Of a DNA stretch of 64,000 nt, positions 1 through 14,100 are shown one piece after another. The notes beneath the pieces are model-generated. The model made no database searches. It was not told where the DNA came from and saw only the letters and a program-made list of their open reading frames with translations. Origin of the DNA: Candidatus Omnitrophota bacterium (GTDB lineage: Bacteria > Omnitrophota > Omnitrophia > Omnitrophales > Aquincolibacteriaceae); the NCBI GenBank assembly GCA_043821445.1, contig JBDRCT010000017.1:5679-69678 (forward strand), read 5' to 3'. Both the position numbers and the translations under genes were made by a program. Each line of letters starts with the position of its first letter. Within the stretch, counting starts at the first letter, position 1.

Positions 1-1511
<1,511 letters not shown>

Positions 1512-1562
1512 GTGGGGAATTGTATCATAACCAGACCGGAGACTACAGACTAGAGACCGGGC

Positions 1563-1841
1563 TTACGCGGACTTTCCGTAGATTTCTCTGCGATGACCGA
1601 TGCGAAGAATAGTGATCGTTGTTGTGTGGACTTTGTAGATAACACGCCAGTCGCCAACACCCAGCTTCCAGTATCCCTTCAAGGTATGCCGAAGCGGTGC
1701 TCCGAACTCCTGCGGAAAAAGAGCAAGCTTCTGTTCGATGGCGCGCCGGATTCTTCGCTGATCAGCGGCTGTGATGCGAGGAATATCCTTTTGGGGAACA
1801 TCAGGATGGTAAAGGATTTCGAAATGCGGCTCCATAGACAT
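1563..1841 (-). CDS. RelE/ParE-family type II toxin
   Basis: 92 aa. ...LKGYWKLGVGDWRVIYKV...ITILRIGHRREIY resembles the RelE/StbE core. It lies 10 nt downstream of a small RHH gene. The last 4 codons (GKSA-stop) are identical at nucleotide level to the giant gene's 3-prime end. Confidence 0.75.
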   Translation of the reverse strand: MSMEPHFEILYHPDVPQKDIPRITAADQRRIRRAIEQKLALFPQEFGAPLRHTLKGYWKLGVGDWRVIYKVHTTTITILRIGHRREIYGKSA

Positions 1842-1850
1842 GCAGAGTCC

Positions 1851-2081
1851 TTATGAGCCCCAAACATCCCGGTGACGGACCGGTTTCGTTTTGGAAAGTG
1901 ATTTTTCCCGTTCGGCTGCCGCCTTCGCCCAAAAAGCGTCTTCGTGGATCGTGAGGGCTTCCCGCAAGAGATCGCGGGCAACCAGGGACATGGAAAGGCC
2001 TTCTCTTTTCGACATTTTATAGAGCGTCTCGTAGATCGACGGCTCCAGGACAACATTCAACCGCGGCTGTTTTGTAGCCAT
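1851..2081 (-). CDS. ribbon-helix-helix (CopG/ParD-like) antitoxin
   Basis: 76 aa. The N-terminal RLNVVLEPSIYETLYKMSKREGLSMSLVARDLLREAL is a typical RHH motif. It sits immediately upstream of the RelE-like gene in the same orientation, with a GGAGG Shine-Dalgarno 7 nt upstream. Confidence 0.65.
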   Translation of the reverse strand: MATKQPRLNVVLEPSIYETLYKMSKREGLSMSLVARDLLREALTIHEDAFWAKAAAEREKSLSKTKPVRHRDVWGS

Positions 2082-2099
2082 ATCATCGCCTCCGGGAGG

Positions 2100-2128
2100 A
2101 GTGTATCACAAGTGATGAACCAAGTCAA
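2100..2128 (-). promoter_or_regulatory. candidate sigma70-type promoter of the antitoxin-toxin operon, with a palindromic operator in the spacer
   Basis: Minus strand reads TTGACT (plus 2123-2128), a 17-nt spacer, then TACACT (plus 2100-2105). The palindrome ATCAC-TT-GTGAT (plus 2105-2116) sits inside the spacer, and GGAGG precedes the ATG. Confidence 0.5.
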
Positions 2129-2183
2129 GGGAAGAGACGAGAGACGCAGGCAGTAGTCTGCGGTCTATGGTCTGTAATCTGGC

Positions 2184-5100
2184 TTACGCGGACTTCCCGA
2201 TCGCGGCGGCGGCTTGGATCGCGGCGCCCAGGAGCTCAGCGACAGTGAATTGGAAGGCACTGCTCACCTTTGTGCGAGACCCGGTCACGGTCACAACCCC
2301 GTCGAACTGATTGAGCAACGCTGACGCCGCATGCAATTCGCTGGGGTCAACACCCTCCGTCACCTGGGCTTGGATCACATTCCGGTTCGCCTTTGCCGTA
2401 GCAACATCAATATGTAACCGATCCAATTCTTCTGTAACCGCCTGCGACAATAGGCTGTTGACCTGGCCAATGCGGAGGTCCATCTTCCCGACCCCTTTCA
2501 GAGCCTCGTTCGCAGCCGCTTCATCCGCCTGACCTGCGATGACCACAAACCTGCTGCCGGCCTGACTCTGCGCTACCCGTTGCGCGATGTAAGCCCCGTC
2601 AAACCCGTCGGCCGGATTGAATTCAATAATATGGAGTCCATTCCCCTTCAGGGAAAGAATCACACTTACATTAAGCGACTGCATGATCGATTCGATCATG
2701 CGCCCTTCGATCCGAGTGGCAAGCGGATTAACAATCTCAGGAAGAACCTGCATCGTAAACCGGGCTTCCTGCACCCCTGCAGCCGCCGCAATCGCTCTTT
2801 GGATCTCCTGTTCGCGTGCCGCCGCGCTTTGTTCCTGTTCCGCCGGCTGGACCTCGGGCGTTCTCAATTCCGAACGCGCCGGAATGGATTCCACGTTAAC
2901 AACCACTTTCTTGTCGGCAGACTGCTGAATACCCGCCTCCAACACCGTTCTGCCTTCGGACGCCACCACAAACCGGCCGTCTTCCATCCGGAAATCCGCC
3001 GCTTTCAACTGATCGAACGAGACCATCTTCAACAGCTCATTGATCTTTGTGGCATATTCCTTCCGGTCGACGCTTAAACTGATAAAATCGGTCTGCGTTA
3101 ATTGTTGAAGCTTGGAGAGCGCGTAAACGAGTTTGGTAACACTTTCAGGATTCCCCTGGCGCACCATCTCACGGAATACATACACGATCCGCTGGAACGT
3201 TACAGTCTCCATGAAAGTCTTGAAGTCGGGATTGGAGGCCAGTTCATTACGGATCTCCGCGGGAACTGCCTCTTCGGCAATGGCCTGGCTCAGATCAAGG
3301 ATCACGCCGTCGCGCGGTTCGTAAAAACCGGCCGCACGAACAGACGCCCAGTTCGACTGCAACCGCTCAAGGTTCGCCGCACTTTGCAAATAACGGGCGT
3401 TTGCGAGTTGGGCCGATGTAAGTTTACCTTTGCCCACGGCCGCGACATCAAGGATATAAATGAAAGACATCAGTTTCAGAAAGACCGGAATATCATTCTC
3501 CGGAAGCCCTTCAACCACCTTTCGCGGAACCGTCTCTCCCCACGGCAAAGCACCATATTCCAGTTCGCGCGAAGTCAATGCTGTCACGATCCTGACGGTT
3601 CGCGCGTCCATGCCGAGTTTCTCCAGGATCGCTTTGACCAGCTCGCTACCCACCACCGGATGCAACGGCCCCGTCGTGATCAGGCGCCCGTAATCGTGGA
3701 ACGCCAACGCCAACGCAAGCAACTTCTTCTCCTGCTCCGACAGACTGGCATTATAACTATCAACGAACGCCTTGAGGCCGGCCTCATCTAATGTCACGCT
3801 CGCTAGATTCCTGCTCCGGAAATAAGATACATCGTTAGCCTGCAATGCTTTCACACCGTTGAAGATCACTTGCTGGTGGTCACGGAAGGTCACGGTAGAT
3901 CCGTCCGGCATTTGCCATGCGGCCCCGCGGATCGGAACGTCCTGCTGCCAACCGAAAAGGCCGAGCGGGCTTAAGGCGTCGATAATGTCTTGAGGATTAT
4001 TCATCGCGGAGATCTTTTCCGCACCTTCGAGGTCCCGGGCCGGATCGATCCTTTCTAAATTGGCCATAAAACGGGTTTTCAACTGTTCCTGGAGCGCGGG
4101 CATCTCGCCCGAGGTCACGTGGATCTTTCCGACCAGTTCCCGGCTCTTATTGTCTACCACGGCACGTGCTTCGGACCGAACCTTGCTTAAAGCTTTTTCC
4201 GCGTCCGCCCGCGCAATAAGATTCAACGCTACCGGCCCGCGTTGCATCGAAGCGGTCCACCGGCCGATCATTGTGTTGATATCTTTGATACGATCTTCAT
4301 GAAGTATCGGACCACCCGGTAACAGGGAGAAATTGCTGACACTCAGAAGCTTAGCGCTCGGAGCCGGCACATCCTGCGCAGCTTGTGAAACAGGGCCAAA
4401 CACCATTTCGACAGTCCCTCCCACAAGACCGTCCAACTTCACATCATACTGGATCGTCCCCTCCTTCGAGACATCGAGAACACGAGTTTCGCTTCTCGCA
4501 AGCGCCAGGCTGACAACAACATCCGGAACAAGGGTTCCAACAATTCCAAATTCTCTAGAGGGTACGTAGACCGGTGCCCGGACTTCCGCCAGCGACGGAG
4601 GATTCACCTGGGCCTCCTCCGCGGGAACTTTTGGAACCTCGAGTCGCATTGGCATAGGCGCCGCCGGAGTTGCTTTGAGTTCCTCCAGTTGTTTCGCTTT
4701 TGCATCCGATAATTTGATATTTTCAGAATGGCGGATCCACATCCACAAAACTCCTACAACGCTCGCCAAAACAAGCAACAGCGCCACCGGCCCAACAAGG
4801 AACAGCCCACCCCACATCAACCCAGCAAATGATAAAACGATCGCAGTACCTATTAATCCGGCGATCTGCCAAGGGGTTTTCTTGATCCGGGCATCCAGCG
4901 CCGCGACTTCTCCCTCTAATTTTGTTACATCCTCCGACGGCGCAATAGCTGCCACGAGTGGCGCTACCGGAACCGCAGGCGACGCAGCGACAGTTTCCGG
5001 CGCCACGGCTAACGGCGTTTGCGCGGCAACTTGTGAAGCTAGAATCTCAGGCTGGCTTTGAGCCGTCTTTGGAGTAGCAACGATCTGTTTACTCCCGGGT

Positions 5101-8100
5101 AATACTTCCTGAGCGAGCTCCTGTTGGCGACTTAGATCGGGCAGCACCTCTTCCAGCGTCCGAACTTCAGACCGGCCAGGAGGAGTTCTGAGATTCCCAT
5201 ATTGATCAACGTCCGCCACATTTTTCGGTTCTTCCATCTTCTTTGGAAGTCCAAAAAAGCGTAAAACACGTCCCAATTTTTTCACACGCGACGAAGTTTT
5301 TTCATTTTTGGAAATGTAATCAGAAACGTTATACATTAGCTTGTAAAGCTGCGTTGATGGTGTCAAATCAGCTTTAATAGCCGCCTCTTCAACACCAATG
5401 TAGCCGCGGATAAATTCCAGCCAATGTCTAGCAGGTGCCATCAAAAGGAAAGGCGCTGCCAATAAAAACCCTGTCAATGCAGGGATCACAAAAACCATCG
5501 GTAACGCAAACCAGAAATAGACAGCCGATGCCGCGCTCATCTTGAGAAAAACACCGGCCGCGATCATAAGCCCGACCCCGACATTGAACCCCACGTGAAA
5601 CAGGACATTCGAAATTCTCATACTCCAGCCGGCAAACCATCCCAAGGTGCCTTTCTGCTCTTTTTTGGTTTCGCTATCTGAAAACATATCGGCCTTCATG
5701 CTTCTGTAGACATGCACCCAGAACAGACCGAGCCTCTTGATGCCGCCCCCCTTAAAACCGAGTCCTTCTTCAAGGTCGGGATAGCCGGCCGGCAAATTTT
5801 TGAACTGGTCCAGCCAGACATGCCAACCCGCCATGGACCAGGACCAAAGGAACGTGATACCGAAGACGAACGTGAACAAATTACTGTGGAACAGAACGCC
5901 GGAAGCGATCGCGAGGAGCGCCGCGACAAAAGCCGGACTGTAGAACATGTAAGTGCGCAGCAGGCTCTTTGCGCCATCAATCTGTCCGGTCCCGAACGAA
6001 GTGGCCCAGGGCAGCTGCTGGTCACGCATCACAATAAAGATCATCCGGGTGAATTTAACGGTATAGCGCAGCACCAGATAGCTGATCACGAACGCCGTAA
6101 AAATAGGATGTGCCGCTACCAAAGTCCCCAAGATGCCCGTGATGCCCCAGGGTGATAAAACACTCCATGCCGTCAGTTTTGCCGCAAGCACCGCGGCACC
6201 GGACGTAAAATGCCAAAACACGAAATTCCCGTTCATAACATACCAAAAGAGAACGGGAATACCAAAGATCATCGCGGGTTTCGAAACCCATTGGATCAGA
6301 TTCCCGATCACGGTGCCGATCGTCAAATGCCAGCTCCTGCTAACATTCTGGGAACCCTGCATAAAGAGCTTCCAGGGGTTCTCCCAGAAATTGCGCTTGA
6401 TATGGAGAAAAGTATCCGCCAGTCCGGTCGTGGTCCCTTTATAGAGCAGCATGACCTTCCCCCAGGTCTGGCCCTGAATGCTCCCAAAAAGCACGGGGAA
6501 AACGATGACGACGAAAAGCACGCCGATGAAGAGCAACCCCACCACCGGGAACGGGAGCACCACGAAAGCCGGAAGGAATTTTGCCGTCAGGGTGATACTC
6601 GCCCATACTAATGCCACGACCATGGAAGTAAATATCACGCCGTTCATCTTTTTAGAGATCCTGGTCCATTCCAGAATCAAGGCAATCATGAAAGAACCCA
6701 ATAACATGGCCGCAAGTACGACCGTGAACGGGAGCCAAGCCGGCCAAAGAACGCCGACAACCCCCAGCAGCGCCACCAAAAATCCCGGCATTAATAGACG
6801 CTGTATAATATTAAGAGCTTTTTTCCCGGAGAGTTGTTCCGCGTCCGCCGCTGAGCGGCGCATGAACCCGGCGATCAGGAGCGCGACCACGATCCCGATG
6901 ACCACCCCCACCCAGAGCTGGGGCATAACACACGACGTCATCAGGAATTCGGTCGACCGCGGCACCATGATCGTATACATGTTCGCCATCCCAGATAGCG
7001 AAGGGTCAAAGAAAAACCGTTTGATGACCCAGAAACCGAAGATGATCGGGTTGATGTATCCGAGCACCGCCACAAAGCTCATCCAGCGGGCCGCCAAGGG
7101 AACGCCCGGCTGGAAAATATCATACACACGCATCAGGTCGCCCTGGGCCCAGCGTACGAAGCTCCTGCCTTCCATTTCGAAGAACGTAGGTGTGGAAGGT
7201 TCGAGGATCGCGGCATTGTCCACGAACACGGCTCCCGTCGTGTCCCCTTCCTTGTAGTCGTGGCTCAGTTCCTTGATCGTCACGACGCCGAAAGACCCGG
7301 CGCTCTTGCCCGAGACCCATAACCCCGCAAACAACCCCAGCATTTGTCCGATGGAGAATTGAACCATCAACGGAGCGCTTAACAGGAAAGAAAGAGCCCC
7401 CGGAACGAAAGGAAGAGCACTTGGGATGAGAGGAAGAACAAATGACAGAAGAGAAAACACGATGGGCCCGGCCGCGATACCTGCCAGTGTGAACACAAGC
7501 ACCGTCCACCACCGGGAGGGCATGTTGCGCGCATCTCCCGTATGGTAATGGCTGTGAAGATTGACCAGCGCCTTGCCGGTAAAATTCCCCCGCCCCCGGA
7601 TCAACTGCAGGGCGTGCGCGTAAAAAACGCCGTGATTGCTCGCGAAATCGTTAAGCATCGTAAAAAATGTCCGGGCCGTCCTTTCCGTGACGACTTTCGT
7701 CCTCGGGATGATAATGCCCGCCCAATTATGTGTACTGCGGGCGACCTCCACCAACTTCCGGACGACATTGATGAAGGCCTTTTCGTTCGGGTATTCCGGA
7801 TTGTCGGGATTGTCCCCCAGACGGTTCTTATTATCCATCGTGAAGATATGCTGGGTACCCTCGGGATTTGTCGTGAACAATTGAACGCGGCGGCCTTGTG
7901 AATCCTCTACTGGAGCAAGTCGACCATTTTCATCTCTTTCCGGCAGACGATTCCTCAGTAAATGGTCCGGATCAAACCCGCAAATTGAATCCTTGGTATA
8001 AAGATCATCGGCAAAATAGCGGGTTCCCACTTTATTCGGTTTCAAATTCGCCTTGTGCTGTTTGTAATTCATGATCGCGCGGCCCGCAAAATATCCCATC

Positions 8101-11100
8101 AGCCACATCACCGCCCCCACAATCCAGGGACTGCTCAAAATAGGCCCGAGCACTGCAAGCGCCGGAGCTAACCAGATAACGCCCGCCACAGTAAGGACAA
8201 GCGCCACTCCATTCACAACCGCTGCCCCCACCGGATCATTGACGCGTCCCGAAAAACGCAGTAACGGAATAGGCAGTTCAGTCGCCGCGGGCGGACCGTC
8301 CTGGCCCATCAAATAATCCTCGGTAGACAGGATGTTCCCCTGTTTCTTTTCGAAATGAAGTTCCGTCAGAGGAAGATAGTAAATGAGCGCCTTGCCGAGT
8401 TGGGCTCGAGTAAGAGGTATGAGATCTCCTTTGCGTGCACCTTTCGTAGGTTCATCTTTCGTATAAACATAACCCGGGATCGTATAATCTCCATTCCCAT
8501 TGGGAACGTAAACGCTTCCATCGCCGAACCGGCTCGCACCTATTTGAATGACCTGTTCCCGGGCATATTCCAAAGCCGCTTTGATGAATTCAAATTGTAA
8601 GATCGCGTTGGCATCATTTTTCCCCGCTTTTTTAATGACCTTCGAATATTCTTTTTCGGCAAGGATGAGCAAAGTCGTCCTGCCGTACGGATCGAGATTG
8701 TACGCCAGCGAATCAATCACGTTTTTCAGAAAAAAGAAATCTTGCCAGCCGCCTTCATTATTTTTTTTGTCTATGTCGACGCCGAATTCGATCTTAAATT
8801 GTTCCTTGATGTATTCGATGCTCGCATGGGCTTTAAACATCTCTAAAAGCCATAATCTTATTGTGTGATCGATCACAGGTTTATCAGCGGCATCCTTCAT
8901 AGGCTTACCAGCGGCATCTTTCATAGACTCCTGGGGCGGCGGGAACGAATCGAAATTGAAATAGGCGATGCTCGTTTTGTGGCCCGGAGGCAGCGCCTGT
9001 CGTTTTTGGCCCTCTTCCGTTTTCAGAGAAACCTCGCGCTGAACTTCTTCTCCATCCTTTTCCTCAACAACGGTGAAAGAAAGATCATGCCGGTCCGCGG
9101 GTTTTAGATAAACCCTCGTTCCATCTTCTTTTTCAATATACGGTGGAAGATTGCCCTTGGAATCTGAAGACTTGGGCGGCTGCTCAGCCTCAGTCTTAGC
9201 CTCGGGCTTAGCGGTGGCCTTCAGTACCAGAAGATCGAGTTCGGGACGCTCAATAGCATCGCGCGATGCTGCACTGGGTCTCATTTTCACGAGTTTGGGG
9301 AAAATCTTAGCTAACACCCCTCGCACACGGCTTTGCTCCCCCATAGTCATGCTCTTGGGGAAGATCCGTCCCGCCAGCCAGGCCGTAAGGATGTGCGAAA
9401 GCATGAACGCCATCCACCCGCTTTCGAAAAGGTCTATCACGTTCCAGAAAATATTCGAATTCGTCAGTTCCAATACCTGCCAACTCATCAGGAGGAACAA
9501 CCCCACGAAAGCGCCGTGCACTAGCAGCATGACAGCTCCGCGCAAAGTCAGGTACGGTGGGGCATATTCCTTGCCCAGTGGCTCACGGCGGACCTCGCGA
9601 TTCCGTGCGGCCAACGCAGGATCCATCGTTTCTTCTTCTGTGCTAATGAGCCTGGAAAACAGCTGCCTCATTTCAGACCGGGGCAACATGCCCGTACGCT
9701 CATACTGAAACTCCTCTCTGAGCACAGGATTACCAGCGTGATCCAGTACAGGTACCTTGATCTTGCCCGCCTTGCGCAATTGCCGGACGGCGAATGCCGC
9801 GATGAGAACAAAGATCGTGGTAATGACGGAAAAGATCGGCAGGATGACCGACCAGGCGCTCCAGAATTCGCCCATTTGGCGGGTCCTGGACCCGCGCTCT
9901 GTGAGGAAGTCGCTCAGCTTGGGCCGCGCTTTCCCGCCCTTGGTTTCCTCCTGGATCCGGGTGTTGCTCGAAAGCACATAATTGTCCGCAAAATAGGACT
10001 CATACTGTTTGGCAAGTTCTACACCCTGGGCCCCTGCCAGTTGCCCCAGGACTTCCAGCTGCTCCTGCGAATAAAAAACAGGTTTCCGGTCCGCGATGAC
10101 CCCGGCATGGACCAGCGGCATGTCGCGCCCCGCCGCGATGAAACGCAGGAGGCTATCATCCTGGACCCGGAGGTCCGCAGGAATATCCTGCTGCTCTCCC
10201 CGGAACCAGGCCAGATCGGTCAGCACGACGCGAACCTGAGCGGGTGACAACAGGCCGCGACCAAGCCCTTGGATCCACGCGTCCTGTTGTTCCTTCGTGA
10301 GGCCGAGGGATAACTTTTCGGAAAGGCCCTGCACGAACTGTTCCGGCGCCCCGGCGTCTTCAGGTTGGAGAGGCTCCTGTTTTTCCGCCGCAAGCTGCAG
10401 GTATTTTCTAAGCATGTTCTCTTCGAAGTTCTTGAAGGTCGCAACCGTTTTGTCCTGATGCAGCGAAAGAATGCTGTTTAACAGTCTATTAGGATCCATG
10501 GCCAACCGGTCCCCGACGACGATCTCCTGCATGAGCGTCTTGAGGTCGTTGACCATAAGATTGAGTTGATTTTCATCTTTGATGTCTCGTAATTTTTGGA
10601 GCGAGCCGGCATTCAATGCTCCGAACAAATGATTGTTATCGACATAATATTTCACCAGTTCGGGGATCCTGTTCGCCGGAACGGTCTTTTTCGCCTGGAG
10701 GCGCGCCTCAAACCCTTGTTCGAAATCTGCCGGGGTCGCAAGCACGACGGGCCGCGTCATCAGCCTCAGAATGAGAAAACGCCTAAACTGTGACGCGTCT
10801 TCCAACATCTTCCGATCATAGGTCAGGTCCTTTCCGTTCCGCGCAAAGAACTCATCCCGGAAGGACCCTTCGAGATCTTGCCCGAGACGAGCGATCTCCT
10901 GGAGCCGCTGTAGGTCCTTCACGTTCTTTCCGAGGCCCATCAGGAAGTGGAAGAAATCTTTGTCTGCCAGTTGGGGATCAACCGGCCACCGGGAAAGAAA
11001 CGTCGTGCTAAGCAGAAGAGCCGTCCGTGCTTTCTCCCCTTCAGGCAAGGCCTCCCATAACGCTCCCCGTTTATCGGCCATCTGTTGGAGGTCAGATCCC

Positions 11101-14100
11101 GGCAAAGCGTATTTACCGCGAAAAGCGTCCTGTCCTTCCGCGGAGGCGGCAACATTCAAGTATGTTTTGGAAGGATCCGAAGGCTCCACGAAAATGAATT
11201 TTGTGACCATTTTCTGGACTGCCAGCGACGGACCGTTGTACCCAGGGGCGACAATGCTATGGTGACGCATCTTCAAACTGCGGCGGAATTCGATCACGTA
11301 TCCTTGCATTTCGTTAAATGCCAGCGGCCGGCCGAGATTTTGTTGTTCCAACGTTATTTGTTTTTCTCCGGGTTTACGGCTAAGTTTCTCTTCCGGAATC
11401 ATGCTCTTGTACTGTCCCGGGATAAGATCCGGACGCCCGAGGGCAAGGGCCAGCATCAGCTGGCACTGTTCAAAATATTCCTGAATATCAGAGACCTTTT
11501 CGATCTCTTTGGTATTAAGGACAACGCTCATGATATCGGCCTTGGTAATGGAATATCCCATGGGCTCGAGAATACCGTGATAGGCCTCCCAAGCGGCTTT
11601 CGCCCGGGGGATGATGACCGTCTCGACTTTTTTCATATCCACGTATTGTTCTTCACTCTCCGGATATTTGTTTTCTTCGACCATTTTCGACAGCCACTCC
11701 GGAATCATTTTTGCCGCCCACCCCGGAGCCTGACGGGACAGCCAGTAATTCGGCGTTGCGGCGTTCCTTTGCGCCTCCGAATCCATGACCCTCCCAAGCC
11801 AAAAGCTCGCGGTCCCGACCAGCATCCTCCCGGCGGAAACGCGTTGCAAAAGCGGAAGCGTCGACTGCGCTTGCAATACCCCGGCCAGATCGGGGTCCGC
11901 AATCATGAGGGATTCCTGCAGGCCTATGATCTTGCGCTCCATATTCAGACTGCCTGCGTCCTGAACGACCGGATAGCGGTCGAATTTCCCGACGATCAGG
12001 AAAAAGTTATCGAAGAACGTCCTTAATTTTGCCAGGGAAGCCGGATCATCTTTAGTAATGTCAAGACCCCGCGCCTTCAACATATCGGGCATGCCCGCAA
12101 CGATCCCTTCCACGAAAGCGCCCGGGAAATTCTCGCTGGCTTCCGTATCGATGATCGCATCGATCTGGGCCTTCCAGGCCGGGTTCCTGTTGATCACTTC
12201 CGCATATTTACTCCTCTGCAGGAACAGATACAGGTCTTTTTCGATCTGTTCGATCGTCCTCGGTGTTTCTTCAGGATAAGCGACCGTCACGTTCCCATAA
12301 TGGCTCTTGAGCCATGTCGAAAACCCTTCGAAATCCTGGCCATGCTGGTCCACCAACAATTTCAAGACCTTCCCCCTCTGCGCATAGATCGCTTCAAAAT
12401 CGGCCGGCAAGTCTTTAGCGGCACCGGTGAGACGCCCCATGAGTTTGGTCAATTTGGCCTTGCCCTCGGGGGTCTTGTCTTTTGCAAGTTCGGGCAGCAA
12501 GGTCCTGAGGTCTTGATTCTCACCGATCACTTTAAGTGCGCGGAGATAATCCGTAAAAGCCGGAGAGTCGATCAATTTCACGATATTTTCATAGCGCTGG
12601 GCCAGGCGGTCGTACGGGATATGATCTCGCTCGGCGATGTACGCTTCGTTCATGATGTGGCCGAAGGCAACACCCTGCTGTTCTTCGGGTTCACGAATGC
12701 TGTATTGATAGCTGCTGCCGTAAAGGATCTTGAAGATCTCCTCCGCCCCCTTGAACGCCTTCGGGTGCTTGGCGAACTTATCCATGAGATCCAGACGGCG
12801 TTCGTATTCTTTGATCCGCGCATCGATACGCGTGCCGATCGGGGCGTTAACGCCGCCCATCGTTTCCCATTTCTCATAGTCCCACATCGTATCAAGCTGG
12901 AACTGCGAGAGAAGCTTCCCTTGCCGGAAATCTTCCCGGTACTGCGCCGCCTCTTTGTGCCAGTCCGTGACCCCGAGAATGAATTGGGCGTGCGCCATGA
13001 CAATGCCCATGTTCGCGCTGACCTTTCCTCCTTGATCCAACCGGAAATCCCTGCCATAAAGTTCCTGAAGCTTCGGATAAAGCTTGCCTGCCACTTCGAT
13101 AATCTGTTTTAACTCATCGATCGTCAAATGGTACCGTGTCCCGTATTCATACCAGGCGGACACCTGCCCGCTGTCGCGCGGGTCCTTCATATTAAGTGCC
13201 CGCGAAAAAAGTCTGCTGGCGTCGAGGGCTTTCAGGATCTCAGGCGCTTTTCGATAATAGTCATCGATACCGCTACGAATATCGCCCAGCGGACCGGCGC
13301 GGATCCCTTGAGGCAGCGCGTTCCCTAATTCGTCCAACGCATCCGAAATGCTCTTACCATGAACTTCAGCGTATTGCTCGATCCCCTGGATCGTCCGGAA
13401 AACAACTTCACCCATGAGCGCCCCGGTGCGAAGACCCGCTTCTTCCTTTTGAACCTCCCGACGGTCCGCGTAGGTCTGATTGGCTTCCGCGCTCGCTCTC
13501 AGAAAACGCAACATAGCGGCCGACGGATCGGCGGCAGAAGGTTCTCCGTTGAGACCCACGATGGGCACGCGCTTATTTTCCAGGATATAGTTGGTGAGAA
13601 GAATGACCGTATTAAGACGCTTTGCCCGCTCGCCTTTATCCGGAGAATACAGTTTTCCCATAAAACTCATGTATTGCCAGGCCGTGATATCGGCCAGGTC
13701 CTTGATATCGCCATAAAGACCCAGATCCCTTCCGAAATTCGCGCGGTAAAGGTCGAACACTGCTTTACGAACGTTATTAAATTCCTGGAAGGTATCTTCC
13801 AGGGTCGAAAATTTATAATAAGGTTGTGCGCTGACCTGGCGGTCCGTGTAGGTGGCCCAATCCAGAAACACCTGACCAACGAACCTCCGCTTCAGGGCGG
13901 CGTCATCCTCCTGGGAACCCAGCCGCTTCTGCTGCTCGGCCCAGGCCTTAAAATCCACACGTCTATCCTTGATATCCACGAGGCGGCTTAACAGGCCGTC
14001 ACGTGTCAAGAATGCGATCTCGTCACTGGTAAACTGGGGCGGCGCAATGACGGGGACGGCCTGACCGTTCGGGGAGGCCTTATTTCGTTCGACCTGGTCT

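Larger units (their letters stand above)
1541..2199 (-). mobile_element. putative integrated toxin-antitoxin cassette bounded by a 19-nt direct repeat and inverted heptamer arrays
   Basis: ggcttacgcggactt(t/c)ccg occurs at 1560-1578 and 2181-2199 (18/19 identical). Tandem heptamers agacta(c/g) at 1541-1558 are mirrored in inverse orientation by (c/t)agac-type heptamers at 2152-2180. Confidence 0.45.

Noticed and set aside
1593-2156. Alternative ORFs overlapping the toxin-antitoxin genes (1593..1856 +, 1679..2056 -, 1944..2156 +)
   Set aside because: The RelE-like and RHH frames carry the family motifs, have an SD and promoter, and are arranged as a canonical antitoxin-then-toxin operon. The alternatives are Arg/Ser-rich out-of-frame artefacts.
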